A stretch of 63,655 nucleotides of DNA, counting the filler, from Octopus bimaculoides (taxonomy: Eukaryota): NCBI RefSeq assembly GCF_001194135.2. It is 4 parts of 4 records of this genome, joined end to end, with 100 filler letters (N's around TTAATTAATTAA, not from the genome) between each part and the next. Parts side by side here need not be neighbours in the genome. Positions count along the whole stretch, not along the records: positions 40,274 to 54,392 come from NC_068993.1; positions 54,493 to 63,655 come from NC_068987.1; 2 more parts are not named here. One strand, 5' to 3'. The notes beneath the pieces were generated by a model. The model was given only the letters and a program-made list of their open reading frames with translations, searched no databases and had not been told where the DNA came from. The translations under genes were made by a program, and so were the position numbers. Position 1 is the first letter of the stretch. Each line of letters starts with the position of its first letter. Positions 51,172-62,149 of this stretch are shown here, one piece after another.

Positions 51172-54014
51172 TATATACACACACACACACACATTCTCAC
51201 ACGCATGCCTGAATCTTAACGCGGATATCATTAACATTTTTTCCAACGGTGATTTTGTTTCATTTAAATCCTGGTTGACAAAAGACTTACTATCTTGCGT
51301 CTTTCACTTTGTCGCTGCCTTAGTCCTTAACATTCATGAAAAAAAAAACAAAAAAAAAACAAACAAACAAATGACGTCATTATAATTTAATGACTCTCAC
51401 TATCTGATCTACTAAGCCAAGTGAAAAAAAATCAATTAATTTATGTTAGGCATCTCTAATTCCTTTATGTTCTGAGTATAAATTCTGACAAGATTGTATT
51501 CACTTTTAATCGTCCCAATAAAGAAACCAGTTGCGAACCAATGAAAGAGCACTTTCTATGCAGTTACTTTAACCACTGAAAAACAACCGTCAAATTTTCG
51601 ACCAATTAAATCACAGTTCATCCTTTTAAAAATGGACGGACACATTATTGTAGCCTTAGATAAACTGTCTGAGAAAAATAGGATTTTTATGGTTGAAACA
51701 TCGTTGATGATATGTCTGTTGGATCAAAGATGACCTTAGTCTAACAAAATAATAAAATCAATATCATTGATGTTGGTCAGCGGCATTAGTGGACTGTATA
51801 CCGTCCAGCGCAGCCCCAGAGTTTGCAGTCATCCCCGGGCCTCCTAGCCTACGCAATCTTATGCAACAAATCCAAAAGCAGCGTCCGGGGCGGACACCCT
51901 TCCCACTACCACTTACGCTACTGATTTTGATTTAATTGTCTGTTGGCTTCTCTTTGCGTATTGCAAGAAATGATTTTCACGAACTCGAAAGATGGTAAAT
52001 ATCTCGACATGTTCACTTTTTCTCGTCTAATTCGCTCAAATTCTTTCGTAGTTTCTAGTAAACCAAATTAAATCGACACCGATCAAGCGCTGGTATCGAT
52101 TTCTTGTCATAGAATCAGAATCGATGAGAGACTAAATTGATCTCAACGAGGAAGAACTATTGCAAGGCAGTTGTTCGTTTCTCTGACGGTTCTGTCAATC
52201 TAATAACCAAGAATTTAGGTAATCAAGTAACAATATGAGTCCTTCAATTTCTCTCTGTCGATAAATCACATGGACGTTACACATAAGAAACAGTGGAGGA
52301 TTATTCGTCGATTTCGACCATGAGCATTCAATTGTTCAGTCAAATGAATTCCTACAAATGAAATCGTGTGAATGGCTGAGCATTTTACAGGCTCGTATCT
52401 TAACATAACTTTCAAGCGGAAATCGGCATTACACTGTGATAGGAGTTGGACCTTCGAGTTGTAGGTACAGAGTAAGTGAGGGAGAGGAAAAGCAAGAGAG
52501 AGAGAGAGGAAAGAGAAGAGAGAAGGAAAGGGAGGGAGAGATAGAGAAGAGAAAGTGGAGGAGGAAGAATCGACCGCAATACTTTACTTATTGACCGCGA
52601 AGCGATGAAAAATAAAGTTGAGATCTGTTTGATTTGATGTCAGAGGATCAGAAAAAAATACCTCAAAGTGACTCAGCTAATTCATTGTCATGTCCATATA
52701 AAAAAAATGATTGCTACAAGATGAAAGATAGGCAAAAATTCATTATAAAGATCTAACTTACTAACTACTAGTGTCCTGTTTTTCTTCTACGGTAATTAGA
52801 ACTCACAACAAATGACCTTTAATATATACAGCAATGAAATGAGCCCAACCTTTATCCAGCTCTGCCAAATAACAAATACTAACCGTACAGGACTGAAATC
52901 AAATACATAAAACGATAAGCTTTAACTAAAGTATATAAAAAGAGCAAAACTATTTTATTCTATGGAGAATTGAACCATTTATATCAGATTCCTGTTACTG
53001 TGGACAGAAATCTTGGTTTTTTCATTTCATTTTTTTTCAGTGGGGGATTTTAATTACGAAATATAAATATAAAAATCTTAATGCATTTATAACTTATTGA
53101 AGTGATAGCTTAATAAAACTTTTCGCAAATTAATTACCTACACACATACAAAAAACATACATATAAATAAGCAGACACACACATACATATATAACCACAT
53201 GAAAAGAGAAATGAGATTACCCAAAGGTATAGAACAACACACTAAATAACATAAGATGTCCCACATGTATATTTACACCCGTTTCTATGTTTAATTATCG
53301 AAAATTCAAATGTATGTACATACATATACACTTATTAAAGTATGTTTACCCATACATTCACTCATGTAACGAAAGGTTCGTATAAATAGGTGTATATATA
53401 TATATATATACACACACACGTATATATGTGTATTCAGTATAAGGGTGTATAAATAAATATGTGTAGATATGCACACACATACACGCACACATGGTTTCTT
53501 TAGTCGCCATAAGTCGAACAAATCGNNNNNNNNNNNNNNNNNNNNNNNNNNNNNNNNNNNNNNNNNNNNNNNNNNNNNNNNNNNNNNNNNNNNNNNNNNN
53601 NNNNNNNNNNNNNNNNNNNNNNNNNNNNNNNNNNNNNNNNNNNNNNNNNNNNNNNNNNNNNNNNNNNNNNNNNNNNNNNNNNNNNNNNNNNNNNNNNNNN
53701 NNNNNNNNNNNNNNNNNNNNNNNNNNNNNNNNNNNNNNNNNNNNNNNNNNNNNNNNNNNNNNNNNNNNNNNNNNNNNNNNNNNNNNNNNNNNNNNNNNNN
53801 NNNNNNNNNNNNNNNNNNNNNNNNNNNNNNNNNNNNNNNNNNNNNNNNNNNNNNNNNNNNNNNNNNNNNNNNNNNNNNNNNNNNNNNNNNNNNNNNNNNN
53901 NNNNNNNNNNNNNNNNNNNNNNNNNNNNNNNNNNNNNNNNNNNNNNNNNNNNNNNNNNNNNNNNNNNNNNNNNNNNNNNNNNNNNNNNNNNNNNNNNNNA
54001 TATATATATATATG

Positions 54015-54345
54015 CATATATGGGTACAGAACGTCACAAAGCGTACACAGCAAGAAATACGAAAGCAACATGAAATAGAAAGACAACGAGAGAAACAAAT
54101 GGAAAACAAGCCAAGTAACATAAAGAACGACCCTTCGTCAGTTGTCGGATGTCCATTTACTCCTCATTTCGAGCAATTAACGACACTATGAGGCTTCGAA
54201 AGGCAGTTGCTTCCGCGAAGCAAAATAAAATTTGGGATTTGCGGAGGGTCAAATTTGGTAATAACAACAGGACAGTGGAGACATACAACAAACCAAACGA
54301 AAACAAACATGGAGGGCCGTTAGGCCAGACGAGGTAAGGTAGTGA
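54015..54345 (-). mobile_element. Penelope-like short repeat (CTGAYGAAGG family)
   Basis: Minus strand gtctggcctaacggccc...gctcgaaatg...caactgacgaagggtcgttctttatg...ctgtaccc; related to 19700-19980, 15240-15400 and 40420-40575. Confidence 0.55.
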
Positions 54346-54392
54346 GCGGTGGAGGAATATTGTCTACCCACATATATATATATATATATATA

Positions 54393-54492
54393 NNNNNNNN
54401 NNNNNNNNNNNNNNNNNNNNNNNNNNNNNNNNNNNNTTAATTAATTAANNNNNNNNNNNNNNNNNNNNNNNNNNNNNNNNNNNNNNNNNNNN
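54393..54492. other. Artificial assembly spacer 44N-TTAATTAATTAA-44N
   Basis: 12-mer at 54437-54448. Confidence 0.95.
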
Positions 54493-54514
54493 ATATATAT
54501 ATATATATACATAC

Positions 54515-55235
54515 ATACATAGGAAAATGATGTGACAAAGGATAAAGCAGCTATATTATGAACTGCATTAGCTTACAGTTGTTTCTGCTATACGATGCAG
54601 TGGACTCATCATTGAGTGTCTCAATAACACACTATAACTTGATCGTGTCTTTCTCATTGGTAATGTCTTTCCCCATATATTTGTACAACTAAATTGCACT
54701 TTATTTTCGAAGCTACGTTGAAGCTATAGAGCAGTGTTTCTCAGCATTTTTGTACCCTTGTGTAGCCCTCAAACTATATTACGTCTCATGAAACCCCTGC
54801 ACAAAAAAAAAATATATATATACCATATCTTTCTCATAATATTTCACAGTAGTTCACGTGGTAAATATCATTCAAATATATATATATATATATATATATA
54901 GTGTGTCCATAAATTACACACATCACTAAATATAACCCCAATGGTTGTTATTCTTTTTTGATAACATGATAGGATGCTGTCTATATTGCAATATTACAAT
55001 AACCGATATGTTGTGCATGTATAGTAATGTTACAATCATGAAATTAACATTAGCTTATCTCACTCTTTCTCGCGGAACCCCTAGGAAGCTTTTGTGGAAT
55101 CCTAGGCATCCAGTGAACCCCGGCTGCTATAGAGTGTTATTCAAGCGCACTAATATGAGTCCATTGCATCTTATTGCAGAAACAGCTGTAAGCTAATGAA
55201 TGTTCATAATGTAATTTTCATTCTTTTGTCATTTC
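54515..55235. repeat. Inverted repeat pair carrying divergent decayed hammerhead-like motifs, interrupted by a hAT MITE
   Basis: Minus 54648-54515 (atgatgagtccactgcatcgtatagcagaaacaactgtaagctaatgcagttcataat) vs plus 55135-55235 (atatgagtccattgcatcttattgcagaaacagctgtaagctaatgaatgttcataat). Confidence 0.8.
54732..55126. mobile_element. hAT (Charlie-like) MITE with 8-bp TSD
   Basis: TSD CTATAGAG at 54724-31 and 55127-34; left TIR CAGTGTTTCTCA; subterminal ggaacccc motifs; right TIR shortened to gaaccccggCTG. Confidence 0.8.
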
Positions 55236-55639
55236 ATATTCTTATTTCTGCTCTATACTCCTCTTATGCTTAGTTCTGAAGCATATGTGTATAGAATTCC
55301 ACACCAGATTTTTAGTCTTGCAATACCCGCCATGATTTACCGCTAGCTCCAAAAGTTTTTTTTGTTTTTTTTTTATTCTCTCTCAGTTTATTTCCTCGTG
55401 TTACATTCTTATTGTTAACATCGCCTTCTTTGATAACTTTTTAGTAAATAAATATGTTGTTTGTCTTTATTAATTGTGTATTCACTGTATTGTATTGAGC
55501 AAAACGGTTATACGGCCCGCACTTATCATTCTCTCAGTTATCTGGCCCATGGCGAAAAAAATGTTTGGTGACCCCCTGCTCTATTCTTATATACTACACG
55601 CGCGTGTGCCCACGCAAATATACATGTATATGTGCTTAT

Positions 55640-55672
<33 letters not shown>

Positions 55673-55676
55673 TATT

Positions 55677-55720
<44 letters not shown>

Positions 55721-55936
55721 GTATTGTTATCTAGAAGACCCAAAGTGTTGTAGGTAACGCTAAGTAAGTACTATGGACAGACCGTAGTTAAAGTCTTGGT
55801 TCGATAGTGATACGATTGAGGAGTCTAATGTGGGTTTTGTATCAGCATGTATTAGCATATATATTAGACAAAATGAGATAACAAAGCCAAGGCTGTGAGG
55901 AGTTGTCAGGACATTTGTAAGGGAAGAGATATAGAT

Positions 55937-55990
55937 ATAGTTTTACAGCTGTTTCTGGGATATTATGGATATCCATTCATCAGAGACGAT
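55937..55990 (-). ncRNA. Minimal type I hammerhead motif (minus arm)
   Basis: Minus strand atcgtct-CTGATGA-a-TGGATAT-ccata-ATATCCCA-GAAAC-AGCT-GTA-aaactat; palindromic stem III ACAGCTGT; stem I 5/7 paired. Confidence 0.6.
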
Positions 55991-56110
55991 TTTATATTTC
56001 TATTTCTACGTTCATTTTCTTATTTCCCTCTATATTCCCTATCTCCTCCTTATCTATAATATTTTTTTTTATTTCAAACTCAAATATTTACCTGTATTTA
56101 ACCATCTTAC

Positions 56111-56161
56111 ATCGTCTCTGATGAATACATATCCATATCCCAGAAACAGCTGTAAGACTAT
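56111..56161 (+). ncRNA. Minimal type I hammerhead motif (plus arm)
   Basis: ATCGTCT-CTGATGA (56118-24)-atacatatccatatccca-GAAAC (56143-47)-AGCT-GTA-AGACTAT; stem I 6/7, palindromic stem III, stem II decayed. Confidence 0.6.
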
Positions 56162-56232
56162 ATCTATATCTTTTATTCATATAAATGTCCTGAAAACTCC
56201 TCACAGTCTTGGTCTTGTTATCTCATTTTGTG

Positions 56233-56263
<31 letters not shown>

Positions 56264-56935
56264 NNNNNNNNNNNNNNNNNNNNNNNNNNNNNNNNNNNNN
56301 NNNNNNNNNNNNNNNNNNNNNNNNNNNNNNNNNNNNNNNNNNNNNNNNNNNNNNNNNNNNNNNNNNNNNNNNNNNNNNNNNNNNNNNNNNNNNNNNNNNN
56401 NNNNNNNNNNNNNNNNNNNNNNNNNNNNNNNNNNNNNNNNNNNNNNNNNNNNNNNNNNNNNNNNNNNNNNNNNNNNNNNNNNNNNNNNNNNNNNNNNNNN
56501 NNNNNNNNNNNNNNNNNNNNNNNNNNNNNNNNNNNNNNNNNNNNNNNNNNNNNNNNNNNNNNNNNNNNNNNNNNNNNNNNNNNNNNNNNNNNNNNNNNNN
56601 NNNNNNNNNNNNNNNNNNNNNNNNNNNNNNNNNNNNNNNNNNNNNNNNNNNNNNNNNNNNNNNNNNNNNNNNNNNNNNNNNNNNNNNNNNNNNNNNNNNN
56701 NNNNNNNNNNNNNNNNNNNNNNNNNNNNNNNNNNNNNNNNNNNNNNNNNNNNNNNNNNNNNNNNNNNNNNNNNNNNNNNNNNNNNNNNNNNNNNNNNNNN
56801 NNNNNNNNNNNNNNNNNNNNNNNNNNNNNNNNNNNNNNNNNNNNNNNNNNNNNNNNNNNNNNNNNNNNNNNNNNNNNNNNNNNNNNNNNNNNNNNNNNNN
56901 NNNNNNNNNATATATATATATATATATACATATAT

Positions 56936-57100
56936 ACGAGCTTCTTTCAGTTTCTGTCTATCAAATCCACTCACAAGGCTTTGGTCGGCCTGAGGCTATA
57001 GTAGAAGACATTTGCCCAAGCCGCCACACAATGGAACTGAACTCAGATCCATGTGGTTGGTAAACAAGCCATTTACCACATAGCCACTCCTGCGCCTATA
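56936..57100 (-). mobile_element. SINE family A, 5' half
   Basis: cttctttcagtttctgtctatcaaatccactcacaaggctttggtcggcc...atttaccacatagccactcctgcgcctata. Confidence 0.9.
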
Positions 57101-57549
57101 TATATTTACTGGAAGATAGTTATAGCCGGTTCATAGTATAACGTATAAATGTGTGGGTGTTCCCATGTACGTAATCTCGAGATGCGATCCTTAATTTGAA
57201 TACTGGCTTAGTTTTTCTCTTAGTAGAGAAGATGAAATTGAATATTTGAACGTTGATGTATATTTGCAATGGTGTTTTTCTCTATTCTCTTGTATGGAAG
57301 AAGTTCTCTGAGATGTGTAACCGTGAGACAGTTTCATCCTACTGTTAACTTAATATCAACTTTGGCTATCGAGATGTCCCCCGTCGATACAATCTCGCGA
57401 TCCAAAGTGATACATAGCTTCAGCTGCTCCACGCTGCTTGTCGGCACACATGCATATCATTCAAATTGCTAGTTTTCTTTAGTATTCACTCTTGTATTAT
57501 CTATGAATTGCCACCAGTGGGTTTTCTGAAATATACACACAGAGAGAAA

Positions 57550-57782
57550 TACAGGGTGTTCAAAACGTCTCTCCGCATTGAGTATTTAATGTTTTTTCAG
57601 TCGATTCCTGTACACTGATCCTTTACTTGCTCACCAACGAAAAAGTCTGGCAATGTTAAATCAAGTGATCTTGGTGGCCAAAGTCTCTTAGAAATAATCC
57701 GTTCACCGAAGAACTCTTGAAGTAGCGCCATGGTGATCCGCAGAATGGAAAAAATTCGGAGAGACGTTTTGACCACCTTGTA
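57550..57782 (-). mobile_element. 233-bp Tc1/mariner deletion derivative (MITE) with 26-bp TIRs and TA ends
   Basis: TACAGGGTGTTCAAAACGTCTCTCCG ... CGGAGAGACGTTTTGACCACCTTGTA (2 mismatches). Internal minus-strand frame TMALLQEFFGERIISKRLWPPRSLDLTLPDFFVGEQVK. Confidence 0.9.
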
Positions 57783-57858
57783 TTAAGCTTTGCTGAGAAA
57801 TACTATCTGTCGCAATCAGATCAATTAAATTTTCACATTTGCAATTGCTTTCTTTTTC

Positions 57859-58072
57859 TTTCTATTTTAGGCATAAGGGCTCGAAATTTTTGGGGAGGGG
57901 GGCAGGTGATTAGATCGACCCCAGTACGCAACTGGTACTTATTTAATCGACCCCGAAAGGATGAAAGGCAAAGTGGACCTCGGCGGAATTTGAACTCAGA
58001 ACGTAACGGCAGATGAAATGCCGCTAAGCGTTTCGCCCGGCGCGCTAACGTTTCTGCCAGCTCACCGGCTTA
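57859..58072 (-). mobile_element. SINE family B, best-preserved copy
   Basis: Minus strand gagctggcagaaacgttagcgcgccgggcgaaacgcttagcggc...gttctgagttcaaattccgccgaggtccactttgcctttcatcctttcggggtcgattaaataagtaccagttgcgtactggggtcgatctaat; A/B-box-like head. Confidence 0.92.
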
Positions 58073-59523
58073 CAATAATGACAACGTTTACTACCACACA
58101 AGCTATCAAAACAACCTGAACAATGTCAAAATAATAACCAACATAAACACCGCAACAACCACAACAGCCACAACTTTCGTCACCATCACTACCACTACTA
58201 CTACTACTGCCAATACTAGCATGATAAGCAGGTCCATCTATTATTCCCACCGTCACCACCACTATCAACAACAACAGCAACAACAATAACAACAACAGCA
58301 CCTCCTCTAGCTTCACCACATCTTATAGCACCACCATCACCACCGCCGCCGCTACCACTTGCACGACAACGGTATCCAACTACCACCACCACCACCACCA
58401 TAGCCATTAGCATGATAACCAGGTCCAGCCGTCACCCACTACTGCCNNNNNNNNNNNNNNNNNNNNNNNNNNNNNNNNNNNNNNNNNNNNNNNNNNNNNN
58501 NNNNNNNNNNNNNNNNNNNNNNNNNNNNNNNNNNNNNNNNNNNNNNNNNNNNNNNNNNNNNNNNNNNNNNNNNNNNNNNNNNNNNNNNNNNNNNNNNNNN
58601 NNNNNNNNNNNNNNNNNNNNNNNNNNNNNNNNNNNNNNNNNNNNNNNNNNNNNNNNNNNNNNNNNNNNNNNNNNNNNNNNNNNNNNNNNNNNNNNNNNNN
58701 NNNNNNNNNNNNNNNNNNNNNNNNNNNNNNNNNNNNNNNNNNNNNNNNNNNNNNNNNNNNNNNNNNNNNNNNNNNNNNNNNNNNNNNNNNNNNNNNNNNN
58801 NNNNNNNNNNNNNNNNNNNNNNNNNNNNNNNNNNNNNNNNNNNNNNNNNNNNNNNNNNNNNNNNNNNNNNNNNNNNNNNNNNNNNNNNNNNNNNNNNNNN
58901 NNNNNNNNNNNNNNNNNNNNNNNNNNNNNNNNNNNNNNNNNNNNNNNNNNNNNNNNNNNNNNNNNNNNNNNNNNNNNNNNNNNNNNNNNNNNNNNNNNNN
59001 NNNNNNNNNNNNNNNNNNNNNNNNNNNNNNNNNNNNNNNNNNNNNNNNNNNNNNNNNNNNNNNNNNNNNNNNNNNNNNNNNNNNNNNNNNNNNNNNNNNN
59101 NNNNNNNNNNNNNNNNNNNNNNNNNNNNNNNNNNNNNNNNNNNNNNNNNNNNNNNNNNNNNNNNNNNNNNNNNNNNNNNNNNNNNNNNNNNNNNNNNNNN
59201 NNNNNNNNNNNNNNNNNNNNNNNNNNNNNNNNNNNNNNNNNNNNNNNNNNNNNNNNNNNNNNNNNNNNNNNNNNNNNNNNNNNNNNNNNNNNNNNNNNNN
59301 NNNNNNNNNNNNNNNNNNNNNNNNNNNNNNNNNNNNNNNNNNNNNNNNNNNNNNNNNNNNNNNNNNNNNNNNNNNNNNNNNNNNNNNNNNNNNNNNNNNN
59401 NNNNNNNNNNNNNNNNNNNNNNNACACGCACGCACACATAAACATACACACAGAGTCAAGCGAGCAAACTAACACAAACACACATACATACATTCATATA
59501 TATATATATATATACGTATGCAT

Positions 59524-59686
59524 ACGACGGGCTTCTTTCAGTTTCCGTCAACCAAATCTACTCACAAGGCTTTGATCGACCCGAGGCTATAGTAGAAGAC
59601 ACTTGCCCAAGGTGCCACGCAATGGGACTGAACACGGAACTATGTGGTTGGTAAGCAAGCTACTTACCACGAAGCCACTCCTGCGC
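59524..59686 (-). mobile_element. SINE family A, young 5' half
   Basis: acgacgggcttctttcagtttccgtc...acacttgcccaaggtgccacgc...gtaagcaagctacttaccac. Confidence 0.92.
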
Positions 59687-59934
59687 TGGTAAATATTTAT
59701 ACAAATTAGATTGACCAGCAGATGTTTATGGCAACAAAACCTCTATAAATTACTGTATATAATTACTGAATATAATTACTATAAATATAGACATAATTAA
59801 CCAGACAGAAGGGTGATAATTCATGGCAATCCTTCACTTGAGGTTGCACAATCGGAAAAACAATTGAAGTAAAAGGAAATTCACGGTGAGAAGAATTGGA
59901 GGGATTTACTAAGGGGGCCGCCCTCCATGAGGTA

Positions 59935-60150
59935 TTGGTTTGAAATGTTGGTACAAGACCATCAATTTCGAGGAGGAAATAAGTCGATTACTTCGACACC
60001 GGTGTTCAAGTAATGCATAGTTTATCGACACCTAAAAGATGAACGGTAAACTTGACCATGGTGGAATCTGAACTCAGAACGTAAAGGCCAACGAATTTCT
60101 TCTAAGCATTGTGCCCGGATTGCTAACAATTCTGCTAGCTCCTTGTCATT
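59935..60150 (-). mobile_element. SINE family B, decayed
   Basis: aagtcgattacttcgacacc...ggaatctgaactcagaacgtaa...ctaagcattgtgcccggattgctaacaattctgctagct. Confidence 0.8.
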
Positions 60151-60164
60151 AGCTATTTAAATTC

Positions 60165-60805
60165 TGGTCTCAAATTTTAACACAAGGCCAACAATTTCGG
60201 AGTATGGCTTTGTCGAATTCATCAACCCCAGTGCTTAACTAATATGTATTTTGGTACTTTTTGGTTATCTCACCCCATTTAAAAAATTGGGTTATCTCCC
60301 CCAACTACAGACATTTTTTAACACTCAATGAAACAAAAAGAAAAAATGAAAAATTAATAAACATGAAAAGTGAAAATATTAAATATCTTATTGTATATGA
60401 TAATATTTTTATAACAAATCGTACAAAACTGAAAAAATTAATAAAGATGAAAACTGAAAAAATTAAACATCTTATTGAATCTGATAATATTTTTATAACA
60501 AATCATACCATGCGCATTGAGGAGGCCAAAGGTCAACAATTGTTGAAGTATTGAATCAAAAGGATATAACTCTTTTAATCCAATTTCTTGTCGCCACATA
60601 AACACAATTTTTTAGTGGGGAGGTAATCCAATTGTTTAATTGAAATTTTTTAATGGGGGTGAGATAACCAAAAAGTGCTTGCATTTTAACGTATCTGAAA
60701 GGATGAAACAAAGTCGACATTTGCGGAATTTTAATTTAAAGATGGACTTTATGTCGCTAAGCATTTTGTCCGGCATAGTACCGATTCTGTTAGCTTACCG
60801 GCTTA
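60165..60805 (-). mobile_element. SINE family B split by a MITE at 60253-60679
   Basis: 60165-60252 (aaggccaacaatttc...tcaaccccagtgcttaact) continues at 60680-60805 (gaaaggatgaaacaaagtcgac...gctaagcattttgtccggc). Confidence 0.75.
60253..60679. mobile_element. MITE with about 35-bp TIRs and probable 8-bp TSD
   Basis: ggtactttttggttatctcaccccatttaaaaaatt ... aattttttaatgggggtgagataaccaaaaagtgct; flanks TGTATTTT (60245-52) and TGCATTTT (60680-87); internal about 85-bp direct duplication. Confidence 0.8.
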
Positions 60806-62088
60806 ATCTATTTAAATATTACAAGACAATATTGACCATCTTCTGAATCGACAGTGAGATGGAAACACCTTTTTCAGACATCGTTTTTCAAGACTTCTTC
60901 CTTTTACCGTTGATCTCGACTTCTTAATCGTGTTAGATAATCGTTTACTTCTTTTATTGAATCTGCTTGTCGAAGTTTATTCTAATCCCATCCGGATTTA
61001 TCTCCACGTTAAATTTTGATCTCATTATCTTTAATTATAGTGAATAATTTACATCTTTTACACTAATATTTTTTAATTAACAATTCCCAATTTACATAAT
61101 GTTTATATTTACAGCTCTGTTTTATATTCTCCTAACATTTTCTTCCTTTTAAACTTCATTCTTCACTTATTCTGTTTTTAAATTTTCTCCCGTACCTTAT
61201 TTATTAGATATGCTTGAAAGCTTACAAGGAATTCATGCTGCCAGACATTTCAGTTGAGTTTCTCGCAGCAGGAAAGCCTTAGCTGGCTTTTTCTTGGTTT
61301 CTTATTCCTTTGATATTTCTCTTTTGATATTCGCCACTACCACACATCTTCTTCCGGTATTTACAAAATTCTTAACACTGTCACCTTATTGCCATCTGCA
61401 TAGCCGTTTATCTATCACTAATGCCCCTTCGATCCCTCACATCCTTTTCTCCCTTCGCTCCTTTTCTCTCCTTTCTCATTCTTCTATGTACAATTTCCCC
61501 AGCAGTTTCTCTCACTTTCACTAAAATAAACTCGCTTTTCATTCGAAGCATTTTTCATTGTGGTATTATATATCTATCTCCCTTTTCTCCACCTTTTATT
61601 CGCGTGGGTCTTTATATATAGTAACCTCTACTATTAGTATCTAAATATCAATCGGTTATATACTTATGTATGCATGATGCATATTACTGCAGCACAGTGT
61701 CACTTATCACCGCATCTCTGAAACAGTTGTAAAGAAGCTCCATAGAGTTTATTGTTTCTTCTCAATTGTATTTTTGCTTATGTAACCTCGAGATTCTATC
61801 CATCTGTGAAAGACTACCACGGACTGTTGTTCTTCTTTCTGATAAAATACCTTTATACTATATCCGGGTAACTTATTTATATGATTTGAAGCCTTAATGT
61901 CCGAACCTTTAACTTTATTTCCATTAGCTTCAAATGTGTTTTTCTTATATCAAACACTTGATCAGCTGGACTTAGTCTCTCATGGCTAAGACTTTGGATT
62001 TTAAGAATTTGGTCTGCTCTGTCTTAATCCATTCCTTATCTATTCTATAACTTTAGGGGTGTTCACACAGACAACACACACACACACA

Positions 62089-62140
<52 letters not shown>

Positions 62141-62149
62141 ACACACATA

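Larger units (their letters stand above)
55858..56240. repeat. About 135-bp inverted repeat pair, each arm with a minimal hammerhead motif
   Basis: 55858-55990 is the reverse complement of 56111-56240 (acaaaatgagataacaa..ccaag.ctgtgaggagtt.tcaggacattt...agatatagatatagt.ttacagctgtttctgggatat...ttcatcagagacgat). Confidence 0.9.

Noticed and set aside
51778-51923. Possible small MITE (cagcggcattag...cttacgctactg)
   Set aside because: Terminal match only about 12/17 and no TSD.
58200-58446. agcatgataa.caggtcca repeated about 190 bp apart
   Set aside because: Embedded in CCA/ACT microsatellite next to a gap; most simply a local duplication.
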